Under the pieces are notes generated by a model. That model saw only the letters and a list, made by a program, of their open reading frames with translations, was not told where the DNA came from and ran no database searches. Both the position numbers and the translations under genes were made by a program. A stretch of DNA of 53,357 nt, taken from contig NC_068990.1 of the NCBI RefSeq assembly GCF_001194135.2, forward strand, positions 51,314,482-51,367,838. The letters are read 5' to 3'. Each line of letters starts with the position of its first letter. The first letter of the stretch is position 1. The stretch comes from Octopus bimaculoides (Eukaryota). Shown piece by piece: positions 35,490-47,545 of the stretch.

Positions 35490-38400
35490 CCACAGATGCA
35501 TGTGGGAGCTCCTTGTTCAGTGATAAATGAATACGAATATAAATGCATTTTATGAGGAGCTTAGAAGCATTCTATCAGTCTCTTTGAATAAGTTGGCACG
35601 TGTTGGTAGAGACTATGGTGCTTGGAATGTACTTGAGAGTTACGAAACAGGAAAGGTGAACAACAATGGGTTGCATCTGCTACAAATTTGCTCTAAGCTA
35701 GGGTTGATTGTTGGGAATACTTTCATTCATCATAAGATGAAATCTAAAGTGACAACCATACAATACAGCATTACGAGTAGCATTCCAAAGTGAGTAAATT
35801 AATATATAAAATTAAAAACCATCAATGACAAAACAATTGCATTTGCTTACATCGAACAATTAACATGGAAGTATGTGGCCATCTTTAATCCAGAAGATAT
35901 AACCACATGTAAGAAGTACAGGATGGGATTGTTGTTAATGGTATATATATATATATATATNNNNNNNNNNNNNNNNNNNNNNNNNNNNNNNNNNNNNNNN
36001 NNNNNNNGTCGAACACCACTTATTAATTACCCAAGATCAAAGCAAGGTCACATGATTGACTTTGTATTAACTCGGAAAACTGATTTACTAGATTTATGCA
36101 GTCTCAGAGTATTGCGAGGTGCTGATTGCGATACTGATCACAAAATGGTTAGGGCTAAGTCCAAGTTCAGGGTCCGTAAGAAGATTCATAGTGCAGGTGT
36201 ACGAGTACCAAAGAAAATTGATGTAGAACAGCTAAAAGAGCGACAAGTTTTGCAGTTGTTTCAGAAGAGATGCAGCAACATTCATTTTGAAGGCTAATGG
36301 CAATCTTTTCGGGATGGAAAATATACCAAGGGATCAGTGCTATTAGGTTTTAAGAGGAGACAGTACCGAGACTGCGTTCATTCCAATAATACAGTGATAA
36401 ATGAACGTTTGGCAACAAAGTGCAACAAGAAAAGTACAAATCTCTGAAAGCAGACTTGCAAAAAGAACTGAGGAGGCGTAAAGACACTTGGTGGAGAAAT
36501 TTGTCTGGAAGTACAGGCAGCTTATGACAGGAAAAATATTAAAAGCTTCTATAATTTATTGCGGCAAGCTTTTGGACCGCAATTTTCATCATATGTTCCC
36601 TTGAAGTCGAAAGATGGAAATGAAGTTATTAAAGATCCTCCTGGAATAATGAATAGATTGAGAGAATACTTTGCGGATCTTTTCCACAATCCGTCTATAG
36701 TGAACATGGATATCATAAACAGCATTTCGCTAAGAGAGATAGTGCAACACATGAACGATACACCTTCCATTGACGAAGTAAATCTGGCATTATGTAAACT
36801 GACATCAGGTGAAGCTCTTGGATTAGATGGTATTCCAGTTGAAATTCTGAAAGCAAGTTGGGGTCATATTTCATCTGAAATTCATAACCTGATAACTCGA
36901 GTTTGGAATGTATCTTCTGTGCAACAAGAATGAACAAATGGCATTCTAATCTCTGTATACAAGGATAAGGGCCGAAAGTAGTGTGTGATAATTCCTGGCA
37001 CATACCGGGAACATACTTTCAAGGATCATGTTAGATCGTCTTGTAGAGAATTTGTGTCCACATGTGGCTACAGAGCTGAGTGAGGAACAACGGAATGAGA
37101 TTTTCTGTGAGGCAGGCAATAGAAATGCTTATAGGAACAAATGCCACTATACCAGGTCTTCATAAATTTAACTAAGGCATTTGACACGGTAAACAGGGAG
37201 CAACTGTGGATTGTTTTGAGTAAACTAGGTTGCCCAACATATTTTGTGAGCATCTTTAAGGAACTACAGAGAAACATGAAAACTCAAGTAGTTTTAATGA
37301 TGAACTATCTCATTAATTTTCGGTGGACAATGGTGTCAAACAGGGAGATATTCCTGCTCCTACACTTTTCTCTATTTATTTTGCTGCATTACTTTGGTAT
37401 TCTTTCAAGGACTGCAACAGGGGAATCGGAATCAGATTTCGGATATCTGGTCGTATTTTTAATTTTACCCAGTTTAACTGCAAAAGCAAAGACTTTTACA
37501 ATACTTGTTAGAGAATTACTTTATGCTGATGATGATGATTTGTTGTCACACTCAGAGTAGGATATGCAACATTTAATGGACAGATTTTCTACTGCATGTG
37601 TACATTTCGGACTCACAATTAGTCTGGGACAAAACCAAAGTAACGTTTACTACCATGCCAGGACAAACATATTCGGAACCAAACATTTTTGTGAATGAAA
37701 CAAGATTAGAAGTCGTTGGCACCTTTGTTTACCTAGAAAGCACAATGTCAAGAGACGGTAGTCTTGATGCAGAGATATACTATTGAATAGGGAAGAGAAG
37801 TGTTGCATTTGGAAAGCTCGAAAAGTATGGGCGGATAGAGGTATTTCCCTGCAGACAAAAATCAATGTTTATAAAGCGTGTGTATTGTCTGCACTTCTTT
37901 ATTCAAGTGAGACATGGACCACTTACAAGCGTCATATAAAGATGCCGGAAAGATTTAATAAAAAGGGCCTCAGACGTATCTTAGGAGTCAAGTGGGAATG
38001 TTTCATACCAGATACAAAGGTTTTTGGCATGGCACGTTGCAGCTCAGTTGAACAATATGTTATCTTGGTTCAAATTAGATGGTCTGGACGTCTTATTAGA
38101 ATGAAAGGCGAATGTTTGCCAAAGCGTCTTTCTTGTGGTGAACTCAACTCTGGTAAGCGACCACAACATAAGCCGAAGAAAAGGTATAAACACTGTGTGA
38201 AGGAAAACCTGAAGAAACTAGATATGAACAAAAGTGATCGGGAAAATGATGTTCTAGATCGGAACAAGTGGAGAGGTGCTGTTAGGACTGGTTGCAATGC
38301 CTAGGAGGCAAAGATGATTCAGCACTCTGAACTTGTCGTAAAGAGCTTGTCGTAAAGGAACTATTGGAACTGTAATCAACAGTGAGCATTGGATATGTAT

Positions 38401-38784
38401 TATATGTGACCGTGTTCTGTTGACAAAAGCAGGATGCGTGAATCATAGGAAATCACATGAAAATCGTAATGCCCAGATAAGTAATGATCTTGGATACCAA
38501 CCGCCTCTTACGACTAGTGCCATATGTAAAAAAAACTTGTAAGACAATATCTGAACTTAAAAGACATATGGTAGTTCACAAAAAAACATTCCTTCAGAAT
38601 CATATTCCAAAAGGAAAAGATATAGGAGAGACTTGAATAATATGGCACTTGTGTTTTAAACCCTGTCAGTCAGTAGCTGGTCTTAAAAGTCATCTGAGGG
38701 CTCATCAACGGAATAATTGTGCTGTGTGATGGGGTGTGGTGTGTGTGTCGTTGGGACGGATATCATCTCTCAAGATAAAGCAAT

Positions 38785-38800
<16 letters not shown>
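35490..38800 (+). mobile_element. RTE (BovB-like) LINE, 5'-truncated, disrupted: APE, RT and C-terminal triple C2H2
   Basis: ARVGRDYGAW..NNNGLHLL, HMIDFVL..ADCDTDHKMV (APE); GLDGIPVEILK, FINLTKAFDTVNR, GVKQGDIPAPTLFSIYF, ELLYADD (RT); YKACVLSALLYSSETWT, LPKRLSCGEL..GKRPQHKPKKRYK; three C2H2 motifs at 38380-38710; (TA)n(TG)n tail. Confidence 0.93.
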
Positions 38801-38853
<53 letters not shown>

Positions 38854-39164
38854 ATATATTTAATTATGTGTATTTATTTTCTCTTAGCTAACAATTAACT
38901 CTGACAAAATAAATTGGTTAATAGTTACCAGGGTAGCAAAGTTCACAAAATAACTTGTGGGTAACTCCTGTTTATGAGGTAGAAACTCCCTCTTAATTTG
39001 AGGTATTTTGAATAAATATAAGATTAAATAAATGGATTTATACGCATGTGTTAAATAATTTCTTTNNNNNNNNNNNNNNNNNNNNNNNNNNNNNNNNNNN
39101 NNNNNNNNNNNNNNNNNNNNNNNNNNNNNNNNNNNNNNNNNNNNNNNNNNNNNNNNNNNNNNNN

Positions 39165-39340
39165 NATATCCATAAATTTCTTATAGATGTTCGTAGATAC
39201 TGCATAGTTGTAAGGAATGTTAAGCCATATAGAATTTTTTCTTTTAAATTTGTAATATGATAGGGGTTTGTGGTTATCATAAGTATTTGGGGTTATACTG
39301 TTGCTTCTATTATCATTTATAGTTTTCTTATTGGGATCTA
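39165..39340 (-). pseudogene. Penelope-like RT-endonuclease linker fragment
   Basis: KRKNSIWLNIPYNYAVSTNIYKKFM matches the PLE WFNPP.S.NV.TN.G..FL linker. Runs into a gap. Confidence 0.7.
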
Positions 39341-40279
39341 TCTTGTTATGTAAAGTAATTTTCCTATTCTTATGGCCATTAGACAAATAGGGAAAATTAT
39401 AAGGGTATATATTAATGAAATGATGACATAGAGGAAGGGGGTAAAGGAATAAGGAGATGAAGAGGGAGAAGAAAAAAAGAAGCATAAAAGTTCATAGTTC
39501 GACTTTCTGATGTTGTAGAAACAAGTGCATAAGTCCTTAGGTGCAATCCTGCGTAGATACACGTGGGTTAAAGTCCTGATATTGTAAACATCTAGAAAAA
39601 GAGACGCGAACATATCAATGTTCAATAGCAGAATGGTAGCGGAGGTGGCTATTGAGTGGTAAGAGGAAAGAAAAGTAAATAAATAGAAAGAGAGGTAGGT
39701 AGAGTGAGGGCGGAGTTAAGGATTGGCTTTAGGATAATGTAAGTTATATAAGCATATGGTATCTGAGAATATTGTGTACACGGGTAGCCGAGAAGATAAG
39801 AGAGAGGATGAGGTAGAGGAAGATAGCGTAAATAATAAAAAAATAGAGCAAAATAAAAGAGAGTCTTAGGTGTCGGTGGTATTCTTCTAGTCTGTAGGTG
39901 TTGGGAAGGAAATCTAGTAGTAAATGATTGTGGTTTGTTCTGGCTAACGTCAGTGGCTGTAGAGTTATTTTTAGCAACGGGGTTATAGGTGTGTAGGTAG
40001 TCGAGAATAGAGGAGCTAGCTGAATGTTGAATTATTTTGGAGTGTGAGTTAGAATTAAATATTAGAGGATCTATTAGGTTATGGCTTAAAAATAAATATT
40101 TATAAAGAATAAATATCTATCTCATAAAGGGATGAAATAAGGTAGAGAGAAGAGATATAAGAGATAAGGTAGATAGAAGAGACATAGAGGGGTATGTGTT
40201 CATGATCATGGGTGTTATTCGTGGGGTGAAGTGGGGGTGAACTTACATTTAGATTTATGAAAGAATTTAAAAGTGCGGA

Positions 40280-41500
40280 AAAATTTGTACTTACACGTAG
40301 TGAATGTTTCGTTGTATTTATTAGAAATTGTGGTGAGTTATGGGTTAAAACTTTGAGGGATTCTTTTAAGCAGAGTCCAGAAATGGAGTGTTGGCCTTGA
40401 TACGGGATACCCGAGTCTATTATAGCCCAGGAAAGTGTATATTGTATTTTTCGAGGTGGGGACTATATATTATGTATGTTTAAGTGGTTTAAAGTGGGGC
40501 ATTAGATATGTTATTGCGATTGGTGTTAGTGTTTTCATTGTGTAGGTCTATGGTAGGGTTGTATGCATTTAAATAATAAGAGCTAGGTTTACATTTGCTA
40601 GATGAGGTGATAATATATTCTGAATTTGGTGTAGATGAATAGGATAATTTCAAAGTGGATCTGTTAAAGATAGAATGGTACTTGTGGTTATGTGAGAAAC
40701 TAGATTCTACTATTTTAAAAAATGCTTTAGCGAGGCCCTTAACGTTTAAAGCGAATGGAGGTGTATACCAAAGAATAGATCTCCCGCCGGTTTTATTAAG
40801 CAAGTTTGGGGAGGTGTAATTCCTAGTGAATGTTAGAGGAGAGTTGGAAGGTCTAATATTAGTATTAGTGTTCGTAGATCGAGTGTAATGCGTGCGGGTG
40901 TTAGGTGGGCGAGATTGTCTGATCGTAGTAGGAGGGTTTGGATTTCCAATATTTGTGCGCGTTTGTCTAGAGCTAAGTTTCGAGAAGTGTTCCTTAAGTT
41001 TAGTTTTGGCAATAAAATCTTCTCGGTGAAACCACTAGCATCTAGAGCTTGGTTATAGTAATTGGCGTAGTCATTAAAGATTTGCTCAGTGCGTATAGAT
41101 CAGATTTTCTTATGGATATGCCTTTGATTATGCTCTCGAAAGTAGATTTATGATGGCTAGATTCTGTGTTTATGTATTTAAGGTATTGATTGGGTTTGTG
41201 ATATGGGAAGTATAGTGAAGAGTTTAAATCTAATGTAACGTCTAGAAAATTTACTGTCCTGTAACAATTTTCAAAAGAGATAGATAGATTAAAGTTGGCG
41301 AAGAATTTATGTTTTCTAGTTTTTTCTAATGCAGATTTTGTTAGGCCAGTTGTAATTAATAATGCACCATCTCTATATAAATCTCCCTTGATGTGGGGAG
41401 TTATGTGCGGAGTTGTTGAAGGAGGTACTGTCCGACTAGATCCGTGACCTGAGCGGTGTCGGATGAGCCCACGGTTTTATCAAAGAAGTTGCTTCTGTTA
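40280..41500 (-). pseudogene. Penelope-like element RT + linker remnant
   Basis: VGSSDTAQVTDLVGQYLL, GDLYRDG (YRDD), INFLDVTLDL..YFPYHKPN..YIN, ILWYTPPFALNV..HKYHSIFNRSTLKLSYS. Confidence 0.85.
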
Positions 41501-41593
41501 GTATTGAGGTTAGTGCGGGACCAAAGCTTATTATCGAAGGATATGAGGGTTAAGGATTAGGGTTAGAGTTAATATGACAACAAAATATATATA

Positions 41594-41705
41594 CTAACCA
41601 CACGGTTCCGGGTTCAGTCCCACTGTGTGGCACCTTCTACTGTAGCCTCAGGCCGACCAAAGCCTTGTGAGTGGATTTGGTAGACGGAAACTGAAAGAAG
41701 CCTGT
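41594..41705 (+). mobile_element. tRNA-derived SINE fragment (third family)
   Basis: aaccacacggttccgggttcagtcccactgtgtggcacc..ggccgaccaaagccttgtgagtggatttggtagacggaaactgaaagaagcc, with B-box-like ggttcagtccc. Confidence 0.7.
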
Positions 41706-41929
41706 TATTTCTCTTGCTCTCATTTTTCCATGTAATCCATGTTTTTTCCAGGTTATGTTATTATGCTAATTGAAAATGTGTCAAATGTATCAGTTAATGC
41801 TGTCGTTCATTTTCTCTCTCCACTATCTCCCCATTCCTCTCCCTCTTTTCCTACCTACACACTCTACATTATTCTTTTCCCCCTCTCTCTCTCACCACCC
41901 CAGCTGTCCATTTCGATGATAAACTTTTG

Positions 41930-43390
41930 AACAGAACGGATAGGATGGATGCCTTCGATATAGCGATGAGATCCAGTGACTCGGCACAAGTCATGAATTT
42001 AGTTGGAGTCGACACCTTAGATCGAGTCCTGGTTTCCGGGTATCAGAGGGAGTCACTTAGGAACGATTTTCTATTCTTCCTTGATCGATGTAGGAAGGTA
42101 GAGGTAGAGAGGCATAGAAAACTATTATTCAAACGCTTCAATTTCGGCTTATTCATTACTACAGAAAATAAAGTCAATGTTTTAGATGCTACCTTCGGCT
42201 TAGATACCAGATTGTATGAGCCTTTTTAAAAGCCTAACGAACATCTTATGTACATTAATGTACAATCAATCTACCCTCTATAATAAGTGGATTAGTGAAA
42301 CATATTTCTATTAGAGTATCAAGGCTAAGAGCCAACGAATGATTTTTAAAGCACACGCACCCTATTATAATGCTGCACTGCTGAGAGCCGAATACACAGA
42401 AAAAATAAAATATATACATGACAATAATATAATTCTGATAACGAAAACGCTAGAGAAACTACACCCAACATAAGATTACAGGGTTACCGATGCCTAACTG
42501 GCATAGGTGATCTAAATAGGCCAATAATAAGAGATCAGAACTCCAAAGGTTAAATAGGGACCGTCAGTGAAACACATCAAAATATAAGACTAACGCACAA
42601 CGCAATCTCACATCACATATTAGAACCGACAATCCGAACTAGAAATACAAACAATCCGATATCTTGTGGTACAACCCTATCCATGAATTACATATATCAT
42701 CGAGGATTGCGAAGGCGATTTTTTTTTTACCGCATTGGATAGATGTTTCCCTGAATCTAATAGATACTATAAGATATTTAACCGATACACCGTAAAGGTA
42801 TCGTATGAAAACTCTAGTAACATGGGGCACCACATACACAGAATCAACTATAGGAAAATGAACCAGGGGTGGAACAACGAACCCAATGCGTCCATAATAA
42901 AAAAAGACAGCTTTTCCACAAAGGATTCGGCAAATAAGTTGGGAACGAGCTTTCCACTCTCTGATAGTTACAATACCAAGGACATGAATTACAGAAGCAA
43001 CTGATTCAATGATAACCTTTCAAGGCCGCTTAATAAAAGAAATACCGAAGAAACTGAAACTGGAAAGATAAGGAAAACAGAAGGTGGTAGACATAAAGAT
43101 GCGCCAAACAACGAATACAAGGATAAAGAAAAATGTCCTTCGCAGACCCAGTGCAGGCGCCAAAACGTGGTACACAAATGCACGGTGAAAACCTGAGGAG
43201 GCCCATATATGTATATTGGAGCATCAACTGATCTTTTAAAAAATCAATATCGGAAACACGTTACGTTGTCAGTTTCAACAGGATATTCAACATCAATGGT
43301 TGCCCTTATATGGAATAAATTAGTACTGTTCCTGAACATTGCTTTTTATACAGATAACGGACTGCTCGAAGTTTACAAACTTCCTACACT
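41930..43390 (+). pseudogene. Penelope-like element RT + GIY-YIG remnant
   Basis: MRSSDSAQVMNLVG, VNVLDATFGL..YEPF*KPN..YIN, YYKIFNRYTVKVSY, YIGASTDLLKNQYRKH..STSMVALIW. Confidence 0.85.
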
Positions 43391-43988
43391 TAGATTTTTG
43401 GATTTGATATATATANNNNNNNNNNNNNNNNNNNNNNNNNNNNNNNNNNNNNNNNNNNNNNNNNNNNNNNNNNNNNNNNNNNNNNNNNNNNNNNNNNNNN
43501 NNNNNNNNNNNNNNNNNNNNNNNNNNNNNNNNNNNNNNNNNNNNNNNNNNNNNNNNNNNNNNNNNNNNNNNNNNNNNNNNNNNNNNNNNNNNNNNNNNNN
43601 NNNNNNNNNNNNNNNNNNNNNNNNNNNNNNNNNNNNNNNNNNNNNNNNNNNNNNNNNNNNNNNNNNNNNNNNNNNNNNNNNNNNNNNNNNNNNNNNNNNN
43701 NNNNNNNNNNNNNNNNNNNNNNNNNNNNNNNNNNNNNNNNNNNNNNNNNNNNNNNNNNNNNNNNNNNNNNNNNNNNNNNNNNNNNNNNNNNNNNNNNNNN
43801 NNNNCTTCGCTAATCGTGCCATGCGGACATTTATTGTGGTTTTAGAGTCAGGATTTGACTGCTATTTTTTCAGCGTGGTGGTATCTCTTGATACCCTGTA
43901 TTATAATTTTAAATAATTATTACCTTTGATGATTTTTATTCCCATGCTGACCACTTGATAAGATCAATATTTTAAATATCGATCTTAT

Positions 43989-44030
<42 letters not shown>

Positions 44031-44785
44031 TTACGCATGTATGTGCACGTGTTCATTGTGTATGCATATATATTTTTCATTAAGTATACAACTATGTTCA
44101 AGTTTTATTTTTTAGATATTTTGAATATTTTCTTCAGATGTTTACACTTGGTTTGGAACAATTCAGTTCCTAAATCCATATCCGACATTTCTCGCTTTCA
44201 CAGTCTAATTTTAAAAAAATGAAATTGATTATATTTTGCAGTTATTGTTGTTTCTCATATCTTGATAGAATTCATGCGCAGACTTTCTCTCCAAAGATTT
44301 CTTGACCATTAGCGCCATGCATCGGCAGTCACGTTTTGATGATTGTCGCTGTCTACTTTATATAATTCCACACAAAAGTAGAAGACAAATAATGAAGTTC
44401 ATACTCATATCGCAAAGCAATACCAAATTCATCACACAAACACACACTACAAAATATTAACACGTGGTAATTGACACGAAGAAATTGCTGTGGTCACAAT
44501 TCCACTGCAACAAACAAATCAACACGTGGCTACTGAGGCATGATACTATTGTTAGCTTTGGCTGAAAAGTTTACACAAATTCAATTTGCATATAGGAAAC
44601 AACAGAAGCACCAAATATATTGAATTCAGTTGCTGAAAATGAGAAAGTGAAGAATACCCTGCATAAAACGACAATCATCTAGAAAGCTCTTCCAGTTTTC
44701 TCAAAAAAACCCAGCTGAACTATTTTTTTCCAAAAGCTTCAGAGGTTTTTCATATATATATATATATATATATACATATATATAT

Positions 44786-45940
44786 CAGTGGCGACTTCGG
44801 CACTTGAGCTGTTCGGGCTTAGCCCGAGTATAAGCTTAATAAAGCGGATTTCATTTCTGCCAACACAGATTTCAAGTGTGTAATTGCAGCCAATAACTCG
44901 GGCTCCTTTTATTGAACCTAGTTGCAGTTCATTTATTTTCCTTCAGCGTCTGGCGGTCATCTTAGAGGTGCTCTATGTCAAAAAATATCATTCGTAGCAG
45001 ACGTTCCTTCGACATTGCTCACACGCGTCTGACTCGGATTCAGAAATTATAGCCGAGGTGTTATCTATAATCGTAAAAATTAAAAGTAATTAAAATTCAA
45101 TGTTTTCTGGAAATAATAAATTTCTTTAGAGATTAGGATTTAAATTCCAATCTATGAAACGTTTCCCTTTTACAATATTCTTAAAGGAACGAAAAATTAT
45201 CTAGCAACTCGGGCTAATATGAACGAGCCTAGTAGGTGAAAAGGACAAAGTGACCTCTCTTGTCAAGAATACAGGCGACAGTGAGATCGGTAGTGTTTGT
45301 TGTGCACTCTGCTTTCATTATTTGGTTGCTGTTATACAGTAGTACCTCGGACTAATACGAACGAGCCTGGTAAGGTGTAAAGGACTAACTGGCAACTCTT
45401 GTCAAGAGTATAAGCGACAGTCAGATCGCTAATGTTTGATGTGCACTCTGCTTTCATTATTTGATTGCTGTTATTCTGTGCGTCTATGTGTAAAGATCAG
45501 TTGTGTTTTGTATGATTGCCTTATTTTTACTCTAATATTACAAATGGAGAAAGACATAGTGCTAGATGTAAAAATAAGAAGTCTTTTGAAGATAGCGATA
45601 TTGGAGAAAAACGTGAGCCATTCTTTCGTTAGGAGCAGCAAACTTGCTTACTGTTAGATTATCTGTGAACATGTAAGTCCTGCTATACTCGAGGTTGCTC
45701 CAATCTGGTCAGCCCCAAGGGAAACTAAGCTAAGAGCATTAGATTCCTTGGAAGAAAGCAGCCCTCTTTCATTTCACTGTGTCTCTTTCATTTTTTTCTC
45801 GTCCCTCCTTAATTCTTCTATCCCTCTGCCTCTACCTCTCTCTCCGTGAATATGTATGTCTCTTACCTTCTTTTATACACATGTCCTATGCGAAATCTGT
45901 GATGAGCCCAAGTGACGCTGATGACCTGGAGTCGCCTCTG
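44786..45940. mobile_element. Non-autonomous hAT-like DNA transposon in (TA)n
   Basis: Left CAGTGGCGACTTC; right end reverse complement CAGAGGCGACTCC. 8 bp flanks atatatat / atatgtat. Repeated subterminal ctcgggc/gcccgag motifs. Confidence 0.7.
45205..45480 (+). repeat. Diverged ~138 bp tandem duplication inside the hAT-like element
   Basis: aactcgggctaatatgaacgagcctag..tgtgcactctgctttcattatttggttgctgtta recurs as acctcggactaatacgaacgagcctgg..tgtgcactctgctttcattatttgattgctgtta. Confidence 0.85.
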
Positions 45941-45971
<31 letters not shown>

Positions 45972-46343
45972 TGTATGTATGTATGTACGTATGTATGTAT
46001 GTATGTATGTATGTATGTATACATATATATATATATTTATNNNNNNNNNNNNNNNNNNNNNNNNNNNNNNNNNNNNNNNNNNNNNNNNNNNNNNNNNNNN
46101 NNNNNNNNNNNNNNNNNNNNNNNNNNNNNNNNNNNNNNNNNNNNNNNNNNNNNNNNNNNNNNNNNNNNNNNNNNNNNNNNNNNNNNNNNNNNNNNNNNNN
46201 NNACACATGTGACGTGTTTGTATATTGTTATAATTGTCCTTTTAGTAAACAAATAAACAAGTAAATTGACATAATACAATATCTACAAGTTGATGAATAC
46301 CACCTATTAATCCCCTCCATTTTCTTATTGCTATATAAATTAA

Positions 46344-46815
46344 TGTAGAGGCACGTGGCTTAGTTTCGATTCCTGGACCGGGCGACGCGTTGTGTTCTTG
46401 AGCAAAACACTTCATTTCACGTTGCTCCAGTCCACTCATCTGGCAAAAATGAGTAACGCTGCCATGGACTGGCGTCCCGTCCAGCTGGGGAACACATACG
46501 CCATTGAAACCGGGAAACCGGGCCCATGAGCCTGGCTAGGCTTTAAAGGGCGCATTTATTAAGTGGAGGCGCGTGGCTTAGTGGTTAGGGTGTCAGCACC
46601 ATGATTGTAAGGTTGTGGTTTCGATTCCTGGACCGGGTAACGCGTGGTGTTCTTGAGCAAAACACTTCATTTCACGTTGCTCCAGTCCGCTCATCTGGCA
46701 AAAATGAGTAACGCTGCGATGGACTAGCGTCCCGTCCGGCTGGGGAACACATACGCCATTGAAACCGGGAAACCGGGCCCATGAGTCTGACTAGGCAATA
46801 AAAGGGTGCATTTAT
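46344..46815 (+). mobile_element. Head-to-tail pair of tRNA-derived SINEs
   Basis: Copy 2 (46562-46815) has A box gtggcttagtgg, B box gtttcgattcc and central ttcttgagcaaaacacttcatttcacgttgctccagtcc. Copy 1 (46344-46560) is the same but lacks ~35 bp of the tRNA head. Confidence 0.88.
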
Positions 46816-47230
46816 ATTTTATTTTATATAAATTAATGGTAAAATAATTTTTACTCGCACCCATTTATTGCACTTGGTAATGAAATTGTCATGCAATGAA
46901 AAAACACTAGTGTAATAATAATTGGGTATTCTTCCAGCAGTATATTGGATAGATATTCTTCCTTAGTGGGTTGGATTCACAACCCCTTTTTGTATCACCT
47001 AACTATCTGGATGTTTTGCGTTCTTGTCCAATTTTTGTATTATATATATATTAGTAAAAAGTAAGGGATTACCCCAAAACGATTACCAGTTTGCTTCCAG
47101 TTAGGTATGAAAAAGGTTATTCAACGGTAAAGATATAAATCCAATAAAGTTCTCATACGATAAGAAATTAGAGGAATATTCCGTTGGATTATTCTGAATA
47201 TATTTCCTTAACAATATAGGTTTCCTGGAG

Positions 47231-47509
47231 TATAAATATTGACAATATAAAAATAAGGATAACGCCGAAGTGGCAATAGCATTACCTTTAATTCGATAAT
47301 TATATACCGCCTTTAACACCAACACGTGGATATCAAGTTAAGACTATGAAGAGACTGCATCATTTTACAGTAGGTTGCAATTGCAACGTTTACTAATCGG
47401 TGCTATTGAAACATGTGTTAGTCTTAAAGACGCTATATAATTATCGAATTAAGGGTAATGTTATTGCTACTGCGGAGTAATCCTTATTTTCATATTGTCA
47501 ATATTTATA
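47231..47509. repeat. Fold-back element, ~95 bp inverted arms
   Basis: tataaatattgacaatataaaaataaggataacgcc.. (47231-47325) versus ..taatccttattttcatattgtcaatatttata (47412-47509). The spacer holds tgaaga..gaaacatgt. Confidence 0.85.
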
Positions 47510-47545
47510 TATAACAAATTAAAAGGGTAGCTTATTAGCAATTAG

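Noticed and set aside
41545-41575. Interstitial telomeric repeat (gggttaaggattagggttagag)
   Set aside because: Only one exact TTAGGG; not distinguishable from chance.
45205-45480. CRISPR-like or other prokaryotic repeat-spacer array
   Set aside because: Two long diverged tandem units without spacers, in a eukaryotic context.
45895-45945. C/D-box snoRNA-like pattern (gtgatga..ctgatga..ctga)
   Set aside because: Too short (under 50 nt from C to D), weak terminal stem, and the 3' part is explained as the right TIR of the hAT-like element.
46562-46640. tRNA gene
   Set aside because: A and B boxes are present but there is no complete cloverleaf, and it continues into a SINE body.
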